From assembly GCA_043228905.1 (NCBI GenBank), contig JBHGNT010000554.1, positions 1 through 20,874 on the forward strand: 20,874 nucleotides of DNA, read 5' to 3'. This stretch comes from Azolla caroliniana (taxonomy: Eukaryota > Plantae > Polypodiophyta). Position numbers and translations under genes: made by a program. Below the pieces are notes generated by a model. It saw nothing but the letters and a program-made list of their open reading frames with translations. It did no database searches and was not told the origin of the DNA. Below are positions 7,798 through 17,549 of this stretch, piece by piece; the stretch's first letter is position 1, and each line of letters starts with the position of its first letter.

Positions 7798-10700
7798 ATG
7801 TCTTCCAAGAGAATCGAGCGCGAGGAGTCCAGGTAGGCCTCTGACACTGTGGACATTTTTGTAAATATGTTTCGTTTCTCAAGAACTCGATACGGCGTAT
7901 CGAGTTCATGTATACAATACAAATATTTATACACGAACTCGATACGCCGTATCGAGTTCGTGTATAAATATTTGTATTGTATACATGAACTCGATACGCT
8001 GTATCGAGTTCATGTTTAAAGTGTAGGTTTTAAACACGAACTCGTTACGGCGTATCGAGTTCATGTTTAAAACCTACACTTTAAACACGAACTCGATACG
8101 GCGTATCGAGTTCGTGTTTAAAGTATAGGTTTTAAACACGAACTCGATACGCCGTATCGAGTTCGTGTTTAAAGTTTGAATTTTAAACACGAACTCGATA
8201 CGGCGTATCGAGTTCGTGTTTAAAGTATAGGGTTTAAACACGAACTCGATACGCCGTATCGAGTTCGTGTTTAAAGTGTAGGTTTTAAACACGAACTCGA
8301 TATGCCGTATCGAGTTCGTGTTTAAAGTTTGAATTTTAAACACGAACTCGATACGCCGTATCGAGTTCGTGTTTAAAGTGTAGGTTTTAAACACGAACTC
8401 GATACGGCGTATCGAGTTCGTGTTTAAAGTGTAGCCTTTGAGAGAGAAAAATCGTTTACGGGGTGGAAATGATATCAAATTGTCTGGCAAAATCAGTCTT
8501 TTTTATGTTGACTTTACTTACTTTTAAACAAATACATGCTCTAATTATAGGTGTTTTATGACCTACTTTAGCTTAAAATAGTAGAAAATGATCTACAAAT
8601 TGCCTACACTATGGCAAATTCTCCTCAATATAGGTTTAGAATCTATATAAGTCATACCTACTATTTAAAAGAATATATAACCCGTTTTACTTATTACGAT
8701 ATATATTTTCTAGGTTGAATAGCCCTGCCTATAATAGATTTTTGAATATGTTACTGCTCCTGGAAACTGTTCTTCATTATAATAACAACTTCAATCTACG
8801 TGACTGTCTAACTTATGTTTTTGCATATACTTTCTTAAATAGGTCGTTTGAGAACCTGTCAGACCGACCCGTGAAAAAAATTAAGCTTCGCATACAAGGT
8901 TCTCCAATCGAAGCCCAGACCAAGGTAACTCCGGAGACCATGAAGAGAGGAAAAAAGCTTCTCTTTAACGAAGAGACAAAATCTCAGCCACATAGTGATG
9001 TAAGCCAAAAGAAACTTGTCGCCGCTACTGGAGGCGAAGACCTTCCTGACCGAGATCTAACGGACAAGGAATGGTGTATGCAATATGTCGACTCAAAGAA
9101 AAAAGTCGTATTGTATACAGCAAAGAAGAAGGGTGAGGGGCAGCTAGGAAAAGAAACTCCATTTATGTATGGCCGAATTCTACGATTTGACTACGAAGAT
9201 GCAGATTCGGCCAACATACTGGTAATGATAGAGTGCTCCAAGGGGGTACGCAAAGTGTTCCTTTCAGAAGACCTTTTAGTAAAGGAATCTTGTGGGCCTG
9301 AAGTGTTCAAAAAAGCACTTGATAACTCACAAAACCTGATTGTTACCTTGAGGCCTTATATACAAGGCCATGTAACTCTAAGAGATGAAGAGCCCTCCCA
9401 CTTGAAGGCCACTAAAAAGGTATCCAAAGTCCAGTCAAGACCAGCCAAGAAGAAGACAACGAAAATGTCGGATACGGATTCGACAAGTGAAAATGAAGAA
9501 GAGGATAATAAGGGGACGCCAGGAGCCGAGCTGGCCTCGGGTGTCTTGTCATCCGAGCAGAATAAAATAAGGAGAGAGTTAATGCAACGGAAGCTGGTCA
9601 GGAAAGGGCAAGTATTTAATTTGCCTATAACACACATCCATCGGCCCCCTATTGATGAAAAAACAGGTCGAAGACCACTTGAGATTAGAGAGCCTCATCG
9701 CATGCATGTTCAAAATCTCAAGAAAAAAATGAAAATTAATCCTCATGCCACAGTGGTGCCTTTTATTGTTATGGTGGATCCTGAAGAATGTGAAACCATT
9801 GAAGATTTTGATATCAGAAAGCATGATCAATATAATTATTTTGTCATTGGTGGATCGCATTCAGCAGAGGCACGTCGGCAACTTGTGAGAGAACATCCAA
9901 CCACTTTCTTCTTCAAGTATGCCGAGTGCAAAATTTATGTTGGGCTCACAACCGAAGAGGCTAAGCTGTTGGCATGGGACCATAATAATGATAATGACTA
10001 TAGGCAGAAAATGTCGTCTATTGAGCGTATACGGTTCTTCCACCACGAGTATTTAGATGTGAAACAAAAGTTTGGTGTGAAGTTACATCCAGGCCTTCGA
10101 CGTCAATGTCTGCATGAAGTCGGCATTGTGGTAGATGATAATGTTAGGTCCGATGGTCTTCGAAAGTATGAATCTTGGTTTCAATTGGCGTTTAGAGATG
10201 GAGAAGTATGGGACCTCCAAGATCAAATATTCTCAATGTGGGAGAATAAGGAGGTAAAGGGTCAACGACAAAAGAAATGTAGGGTTGACCCTCAACTAGA
10301 ATTAAAGTCACAAGCCGCCAAGAAAATTGACTTGACAATTGAAGAAGCGGCAGACGACATGAAGCTGTCTCTATGGAGAGCGATGCAAGGTATTAAGGAC
10401 GAGCAGCTTCTTGTGTCGGTTTTGTCAAGGGTTGTGGCGAAAGATTTAAGCCTCGAAGAAATGGTCACTGAGTTCAATAAGTAAGTCTTTCAAATACTGA
10501 AATTGTAGTCTATCTGGTGTAATTCAAAGTTCTAATCTTGATTTCTAATTTTACAGTCATAAGGTGTACATGAAGATCCAAGAAGTAATGATGAAACAAC
10601 TTGGATGTATAACTTGGGAACAAGTGACCGAGGATTATCCTCTAACGTCTTCGTATAAGGCGTTATCAGAGTATTTTATTGCATTCAAGGATTGGGTTAG

Positions 10701-12067
10701 TATTCATGTTTTTTCATTACCCTTTCATCATATGTAGAGCTTGTATAATAATACCTGATGTCCTATTGCTTCTATTAGAAACCGTGTCGAGGCAAGAAAC
10801 AAGGAGAAGTTAAGGATATACACGATTTCCCTACATCCTTCCTTGCACATCTCGAGCGAGCCAGAAAAGAAAAGGATCGTCGTTTAGTCAAGGCGTACGA
10901 AATGGAGGAAGATGGCTCGTTTAAAAAATTTAGCCACAAAAAAGATATTACGAGAGATCTTTACTACAATGTGGTTTGCGGTGATGTCATCGACTTGATC
11001 CAGAAGGTGCCAAAGAAGGAATATACGCTAATGATTGCGGATATTCCTTACGGATTTCGAATGGCTGGGTCATCATACGACGATGAACCGTTTAGGTTTA
11101 AACAATTGGAGAAGATGGTCAAGGATTTCGCTGAGCTAACGACCGCATCCTTGTGGCGAATAGTTGTCTTTCATAGTATGGACCAAGGGTACTCGGTAGC
11201 TCAAGCTTTGAGATCTCGTTGCCATGGCATCGAGAACCTTGCATGGTAAGGATTATTTATAGGTGTGTTTCATTATATTGCAATTCTTAAGGTTGTTGAA
11301 TCTATTCTTAACTCGATGAATTATTTTTTATAGGATCAAGACCAATGTAAATAGAGGGCCAACTTTTCGGTTCGTTAATGCCATTGAATACATAACGGTT
11401 GGCTACTTCGATGAAATTAAAAAACAGAGAATCAAAGAGCATTCTAATGAAGTGGGAGGTTCAAATCTGTTGGTATATCCAGCAGTGACTCGGAAATTGC
11501 GACATGTCACCACGACAGAACGGGGATTTGTCAACCCATACCAAAAACCTCAACGACTTATGATGCGCTTGATCGAGATGTTTTCTGTCGAAGGAGACTG
11601 GATATTAGATCTCTTTTCTGGCACAGGTATTCCTCGAACTAGGGTAACGATCTTGAGATAACCAATCACTTTTTTTCGTTTGACAACTAAATCTTCTTGT
11701 TACTTACATCATAGGAACTACGTCAGCATGTGCATTGAAGCTGTTTAGAAATACAGTTGCATTGGAGAAGGACGAGGACCAAGTTATATTTATTAATATG
11801 CGGATTAAGGCTTTGTGGGAGTGCCCAGACCAGGATGAGGAGGTCGGTGCAAAGAACCTCGCCAATACAGAAAGGTTTCAACCTGCTTCGCGAGAGCCTA
11901 TTCCTCCGTTAGCCGGCGAACCGGGGGAGCTAATAGAGCTTGATGATGAGCTTATAGAAGATATTTCGTTGGCTCGACTAACAGGGGAAACCAATGCACG
12001 TATAGCCGAAGACAGTTCTACACAAGATGATGAAGAAAATGACGTTGATGAATTGATTGCTATGTAA
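7798..12067 (+). CDS. Six-exon ParB/Srx-like domain + beta-class N6A/N4C DNA methyltransferase fusion, 974 aa: join(7798..7832,8843..10480,10557..10695,10779..11245,11334..11626,11715..12067)
   Basis: All five introns are GT-AG with matching phases (2,2,0,2,1); 2925 nt, no internal stop. ParB-like: LPITHIH..IRE...VQNLKKKM...PFIVMV...YFVIGGSHSAEARRQL...CKIYVGLTTEEAKLLAWDHN...MSSIER. MTase in beta order: VVCGDVIDLIQKVPKKEYTLMIADIPYG (motif IV), LAWIK, AIEYI, NPYQKPQRLMMRLIEMFSVEGDWILDLFSGTGTTSACALKLFRNTVALEKD (motifs X-I-II). Exon 1 is the least certain part. Confidence 0.88.
7883..8428. repeat. Array of 11 tandem palindromes (43-bp palindrome + 8-bp spacer, 51-52-bp period) in predicted intron 1
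   Basis: Consensus tttaaacacgaactcgatacg-[G/C]-cgtatcgagttcgtgtttaaa; centres at 7895, 7947, 7999, 8050, 8101, 8152, 8203, 8254, 8305, 8356 and 8407. Confidence 0.97.
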
Positions 12068-12460
12068 TAGACTCTATAAAGAATATGACACTGACGATTT
12101 GTTAAGATCTCACATTATTAATACAAATTTTGGGTTTTACCTAGTTGATTCTATTCTTTATAATCATCTATATGTTTCAATTTTATTTTTATATACTTGA
12201 TTAGTAGATTTATGATATTGGTTTCACCGCGTGCATAGCTGACTACCAAACTTATGGAGAAACATGAACTAGATTAAATGGAGGTTGATTTTGGTCCAAG
12301 CTAACCTTAACAGAACATGGCCCTATAATTATTGCCATGACTGTCCATGTTGTTATTATGGATCTTTGTCTTATATTGTTAAAACTATTATGTTTCTATT
12401 CCATTGCTGCTTAGATTGTGTAGTGTGTTGATAATGGTTCCAGTTGCGTTATCGTTCGGA

Positions 12461-12745
12461 GTTTGATCTTGTGTGAATCACCTAAGCAATAGAGTAGATC
12501 AATTTTAAATACAGGTATGAAAGCCTAATAGGTTTCTTATTTCCACGACATTATCCTAAAGTTCACTGCCTTACATTGTGCACAATTATATACACATATG
12601 GTTTGATCCCATATGAACAAACTGAGGAATAGATTAGATCAACTTTTAATATAAGTATTGAATACTTTAATAAGTTAGTTATTCCAATCACTTATCCTAA
12701 TGTGCACTATCCTACATTTTCCACAATTACATACATGCACGTATG
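12461..12745. repeat. Diverged 140-bp tandem duplication inside the transposon
   Basis: gtttgatc...aataga.tagatcaa.ttt...ttatcctaa.gt.cact.c.tacatt...cacaatta.ataca starts at 12461 and 12601. Confidence 0.8.
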
Positions 12746-13078
12746 GGTCAAAGTATAAATTATATCTCATTTTATTAGTATGGATACAAGTACACCTCAT
12801 ATTTTTGTAAAACCTACCTAATTAATATAAGTCTTTAAGTTAGTGTTTCCCTTGTCGCACAATAGTGCCATATTGAGCCATAGTTGAACTTTATTTAGAT
12901 ACATTAACTTATCAACATGTCTAAACTTGCATGATTTCTAATGATCTCCACTCGTAGATCTATCATGTATTTTTATATTTGCAAATTCTTATCAAGTTGA
13001 GGAACATGTGATACTAGTGCATCCAATTATTGTAGAGAGGGTGTATTTTCTTCGTTTTAAGAAGATTCTACAAGTGGA

Positions 13079-13114
13079 ATGCGCAATCCTTCCACTTGTG
13101 AACGCGAACGTGTT
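13079..13114 (-). repeat. Right terminal inverted repeat
   Basis: atgcgcaatccttccacttgtgaacgcgaacgtgtt, followed by the AGTT TSD. Confidence 0.95.
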
Positions 13115-13118
13115 AGTT

Positions 13119-13642
13119 CTCATTTGTCTAACAGACGACTACAAAGTTACACTCTCACTCACAGTTATAGAGGCAACTACCTCATTGTCACTATACAATA
13201 ATGATCACTTCCTAATCTAAGGTTTGCCCTAGTTACTTATAAACAAAAGCAACTTTCTGGCTATTTACAAATATAGCCCACAAGGGCATTTTAGACTATT
13301 TACAATTATAGCCTTCCAAATTGGGTGTCTTCACGGTTTTGGTTTCGGCCTCGACCGAGTTCCTCATCAACTCGGCTCTCCTCTTCCCATCCAAAGGGAC
13401 ATGTTTCCCAACAATTTTGATCCATGTTACTCTTTTATTCTTCTTGACACATGGATACAGATTTCTTTCTCTCCTCCCCCTTTTACATAATATGAGAGAT
13501 TGTTTACAAAGGGTCTCACATGATTAAGGGCTAAGAGCATGTTGTCACATACTGATCATGCTTTAACTTATATACAATTAATAAATTAATATATTGACTA
13601 CACCTTTTAGAATATTTTTATTTAATATATAAAATAGTTACA
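13119..13642 (-). mobile_element. LTR-like sequence, right part
   Basis: Continues the 3621-3836 segment across the TSD; ends ...TTACA, complementary to the TGTAA start. No matching 5-bp TSD found. Confidence 0.35.
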
Positions 13643-13829
13643 TTCCTTCAAAGCAGAAAGATGTTGAGTTCGAAACTGGCTCTTTGCCTTTATATCCCAC
13701 TGTGTGTCATTGGCAACACGACATCAGAATCCTTGAAGGCACACATAATCACACAAATTAAGAAATACATTAGTCTCAATTAAATAGATAATTAGTGTAT
13801 AAGAAAAATAAGAAGTGTCTGAAATAAAT

Positions 13830-14209
13830 ACATGTGACTAAATGAGAAACATGTATATCTCGATTAATTAGATGAAGCTATACGGAGGAAAGTGGCTCTT
13901 AGTGGATGTAAACAGAAAAGAATGAGGACCAAAAGGTAACTCCAAAGTTAGGGCACCCAAATGCCTCTTTTACATAAGAGCTCTTGGCCTTTTATACAAG
14001 TTACAAACCCTAAAAAGCCCCTTTCACATTACAAGCCCATTGGACATTGATTGTTCCTACATAATAAATGGTAGTTCCTCGCAAATTACAATATAACGAC
14101 ATGTTTCTTGTATAAATTTGGAGTATGATGAATAATTGAGCTTGAAAATACTAAAACCTTATAAGGTTTCTTATAACTAAAGAAATGTGATATTATTTCC
14201 CTTAAGACA
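13830..14209. repeat. Dispersed repeat copy A (solo-LTR-like), homologous to 17550-17924
   Basis: Shared collinear blocks cgattaattag, gaggaaagt.gctctt, gaatgaggac.aaaaggta, ccaaagtt.gggcac, gagctctt, aaaccctaaa, tacaagccca, caaattacaatat; both end attatttccct..agaca. Left boundary approximate. Confidence 0.75.
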
Positions 14210-14628
14210 CCTTGTTTCCATCCTATATAGTCTTTGTGTCTCATGTCAACCATGGTGACAAGCCATTTTCAATGTAACCCTAATTCCATGTCACACAATT
14301 AGTCAAATCACATTCCTCTCACGAGAGAGAGCTCCCATTTGCTTATTTATCTTTTCAGCGGAGATTTCTTCTCCTCATCTTCCAATCAAAGAGGATATGA
14401 AAGCATCCACTCAATTAGTGGATGAAGCTTCTGCACAACACAAAGCTCGATTGATGTGACAAGCTAGTTGCTCAGTTGACAACTAAAAATTGTGTGGCGT
14501 GCATGGACAAGAACAAGTAGTTCTCAAAATTATGTACGTTATGACCACATAATCCTTTGAGCTTGAGAAATGTAAAAACCTTAGGAGGAGTTCAAGGAAA
14601 TCTAAACTAATCATACAAAACACTTTAT

Positions 14629-14665
14629 CTTGAAGGGGGTGTGTTGAGATAAAGATATCAACCAT
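14629..14665 (+). mobile_element. Possible LTR-retrotransposon polypurine tract and 3' LTR start
   Basis: ttgaagggggtg followed by tgttgagata, a typical PPT/LTR junction pattern. Confidence 0.35.
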
Positions 14666-14819
14666 TTATCGTATGTAAACACGGTTCTTTGGGGCATGTG
14701 TGTGAGTTAAAATTCACCATTCACTCAAGGAATGGGAGTTTCCTTTGCATTGAATAAAGTGGATACCTTTGATAACGAATTCGCTCTTGCACTCCCATAG
14801 GAGTTATATATAAAGCAAG

Positions 14820-15293
14820 TAACAATCGGCCGGTCCAGTTCGGTTCGGTTTCAGGGTGTCCAAACCGAACTGTTTAAATTTTTTGAAACCTGAACTAAAT
14901 CGAACCACGAAACTATTAAACACAAATTGTTTTAACCGAACCGTTAGATAAATATCCAAACCGTTAACCATTAAACCACTAAAACCGCAGTTTCGTGGTT
15001 TGGTTTTGGTTTTCAACTTAGGTCAAAATTCAAAATTCAAAAATTTCCATTATTTCAAAATTTTAAATATTTTTCCTAAAATGCGAGAATTAGGCTTAAA
15101 AATGAAAATGTTGTATAAAAATTTTTAAAAACCATCAAACCGTTTTAACTGCAGTTTCAAACCATTAAAACTGAACTGAACCACTAAACAAACTTGAACT
15201 TGAGCCGAACCGTTTAAACCATTAAGCCATTAAGCCATTAAGCCACAGTTTCACAGTTTTGTTCAGTTCAAACGGAACTGTTGCCGATTGTTA
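14820..15293. mobile_element. 474-bp non-autonomous hAT-type element (MITE)
   Basis: 11-bp perfect TIRs taacaatcggc/gccgattgtta; perfect 8-bp TSD aaagcaag (14812-14819 and 15294-15301); many subterminal aaccg/cggtt motifs around an AT-rich core. Confidence 0.9.
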
Positions 15294-15446
15294 AAAGCAA
15301 GCCCCCTATGTTGTGCAAAATGTTGATATTATGTATTGGTTATCCTTTATTTATGGTGAATGTTTTATGCTTAGTATTATTTGAGACACATTATATAATC
15401 ATTCTCCATTTTGCTTAATCCATTCTCTTGGTGAATCTTATGTACT

Positions 15447-15448
<2 letters not shown>

Positions 15449-15479
<31 letters not shown>
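15449..15479. repeat. (TC)n microsatellite
   Basis: About 15 TC units. Confidence 0.95.
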
Positions 15480-15480
<1 letters not shown>

Positions 15481-16759
15481 GATTATATGAAAATATGAAA
15501 TCATGGTATCATCACCCAAGCACGAAAATATGTGAAAGGTATGTGATGAAAAACTAGTGGAGGATGAATATGAATTACTTCTCACATGCTAAAATCATAC
15601 AATTACTTGTAAACGAGCATGATAATTTAAAACTGTCATACTCATATCTCTACCAGGTGAGCATGCATGTGTTATTTTCATATAGAGTTTTTACTACCTA
15701 GTAGTAATCCTCATTAAGAAAAAGCATACAATTCTAGAAGTATGATGGTTTTTACAACGTAGTAGTAATCCTCATTAAGAAAAAGTCACATATAAGATGA
15801 TATGTTTATCCAATCCCATAGGTCAAATTTGGCCTCCTCATGGATAAAATTGTTGTCTTTCAAATCTCTCTCTTTCTGATGCACACAATGCATATCTTAT
15901 TTAATCCATTCCATTGTGTGTATGCACGTGATCCTCCATAGAACTATATTCTCTAGTTTTCCACAAGAGGTGACAAGAGCACAAGTGATAATATCATTGG
16001 GAAATGGAAGGTCACTCAAACCATCAAAACCTTCACCATCCCAACTTGCCAATTGTATCTTTTCATAACTCTCACCAGCACCACACCATCGATACATTCA
16101 CCATTTTCATCAACCTCACTCCCAAGCACAATCATTGGTTTAACCCATGAATTGATAAAAACAAATAGTAAACATCTCCAACAATGACTCTACAACTAGA
16201 TCCAACCACAACCTGCGTTACTCTTACCCTCCATTTCTCTATTACACTCTTGACCTCCATTAACCATAGTTTTTTATATCACACACCGTCACAATGCTAC
16301 ATTCCCAGAAACATGCCCCAAACATGTTCAGTATGAGGATGAATGTAAGGAGATATAACAACAACTTCATACAAATGTAAGAATTAGGGAGACTACTCAA
16401 AAAATAGCTCAAATGCATATGGGAACCCTTACACACCCAAAAATGTGTGCTTATGAGAAAGCTTAAAGTTTTTACACCACCTTTTAATGAGCAAAGACTC
16501 TACCACTACCTATTGATAGTGACAACCTTGACACTAATCAAGGATCCCCAACTATGACATTCTTAAATGCAAAACATTGTACCATGTCTCTCATCAAACC
16601 TTAATGCCGCAACCATTAAAGTCTCTCCCTACTACCTCCACCTTCTTTGCCTCATACAAGGTTGAGATGGTCCGTCCACCGATGTATTCAACATGGAAGA
16701 ACCACACAAGATTAGAAGGTGAACACCTCACATATATTTTACGCAAGATTGCTTCTACC

Positions 16760-17330
16760 TTTTACCAATGTTCAATATAGGACCTTAATTTGGTCCGAGG
16801 GCAACCTCATTTCATTTCATAGATGACACATAATTGTGCCTCTCCATAAATAAAATTACCCGAGGTCCAAATAGGAACTATGGAACTAACATTATTAGCT
16901 ACACACTCACCAAACTATATAGACTGGTTTCTTGAAGTAGAATACAACACTTAAATCAAGCTTGAAGAGATATATGAGCTCCGTGCCATGGAAGATATTG
17001 GAGCCCCTTCTCTGCCACGAACTACAAGCACATGCATTTGTTATTGTGCCAAGAGAACATCTAGGAGTCCTATAAACACTATATGCATTCAAAATTCTCT
17101 CTCTAGTATGATGTGGGCGAACATGTTTTCCCAAAGGGACCAACACAATTCATACCTTGTGAGTGTTTCAATTATGAGGGTCACTACCAAGTCCCCATGG
17201 ATTCTCTTTCTATCAGCGGGCTTGCCAACAGAATGGGGAATATCACTCTCCAATGGCAAAGACCATGTCATAAGTCAACACATAAAAGCACCTAATCCTT
17301 CATTCCATGCAATGACAAACTTTCAAATGC
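16760..17330 (-). pseudogene. Highly degraded L1-like reverse transcriptase remnant
   Basis: Minus-strand fragments in RT order across frames: GKPADRKRIHGD..., LVPLGKHVRPHHT..RILN, FKLDL..FKK.V.IVW, GCP; weak resemblance only. Confidence 0.35.
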
Positions 17331-17549
17331 TTTTCTTTTTTTCTTCTAAGATTTTCCTCATTAGTATTAAGAAAAACATGTGAATGATACAGCTTAAGCT
17401 TATGTGCCCAAAAGCATAAACTTTAAAATGCTTCTTGAGTTAATATAAAATTAACAAACACCTAACCATTACAATAATTAAGAAAGATCATTATGTTAAT
17501 TAACTAGATAATTACTACAAAAAAACACGTAAGGTGTCTCATTTAAGTA

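Larger units (their letters stand above)
3837..13114. mobile_element. Intact 9,278-bp TIR DNA transposon (Sola-like) carrying a transposase and a ParB-DNA methyltransferase gene
   Basis: 36-bp TIRs at 3837-3872 and 13079-13114 (35/36 identical); AGTT on both sides (3833-3836 and 13115-13118) = 4-bp TSD; internal DDD transposase. Confidence 0.92.

Noticed and set aside
7883-8428. CRISPR array
   Set aside because: Spacers are only 8 bp and recur; no cas genes; eukaryotic intron context.
8074-8490. 138-aa repeat ORF (TLNTNSIRRIEFVFK) and ORFs 7673-7909, 7743-7934
   Set aside because: By-products of the 51-bp palindromic period; they read similarly on both strands and lie in or overlap the predicted intron.
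8715-8842. N-terminus of the 589-aa ORF from TTG 8715
   Set aside because: Non-ATG start and intron-like composition, with a CTAAC branch point at 8808 and AG acceptor at 8841-8842. An alternative in-phase acceptor at 8713 cannot be excluded.
4949-10477. Short antisense or alternative-frame ORFs overlapping the two transposon genes
   Set aside because: Shadows of the real CDSs, with no recognisable motifs.
7798-12067. Bacterial/phage contamination or a restriction-modification system
   Set aside because: Spliceosomal introns, TATA box, no restriction endonuclease, and TSD-flanked integration in plant DNA.
15699-15785. 26-bp direct repeat tagtagtaatcctcattaagaaaaag x2
   Set aside because: Ordinary local duplication with no associated structure.
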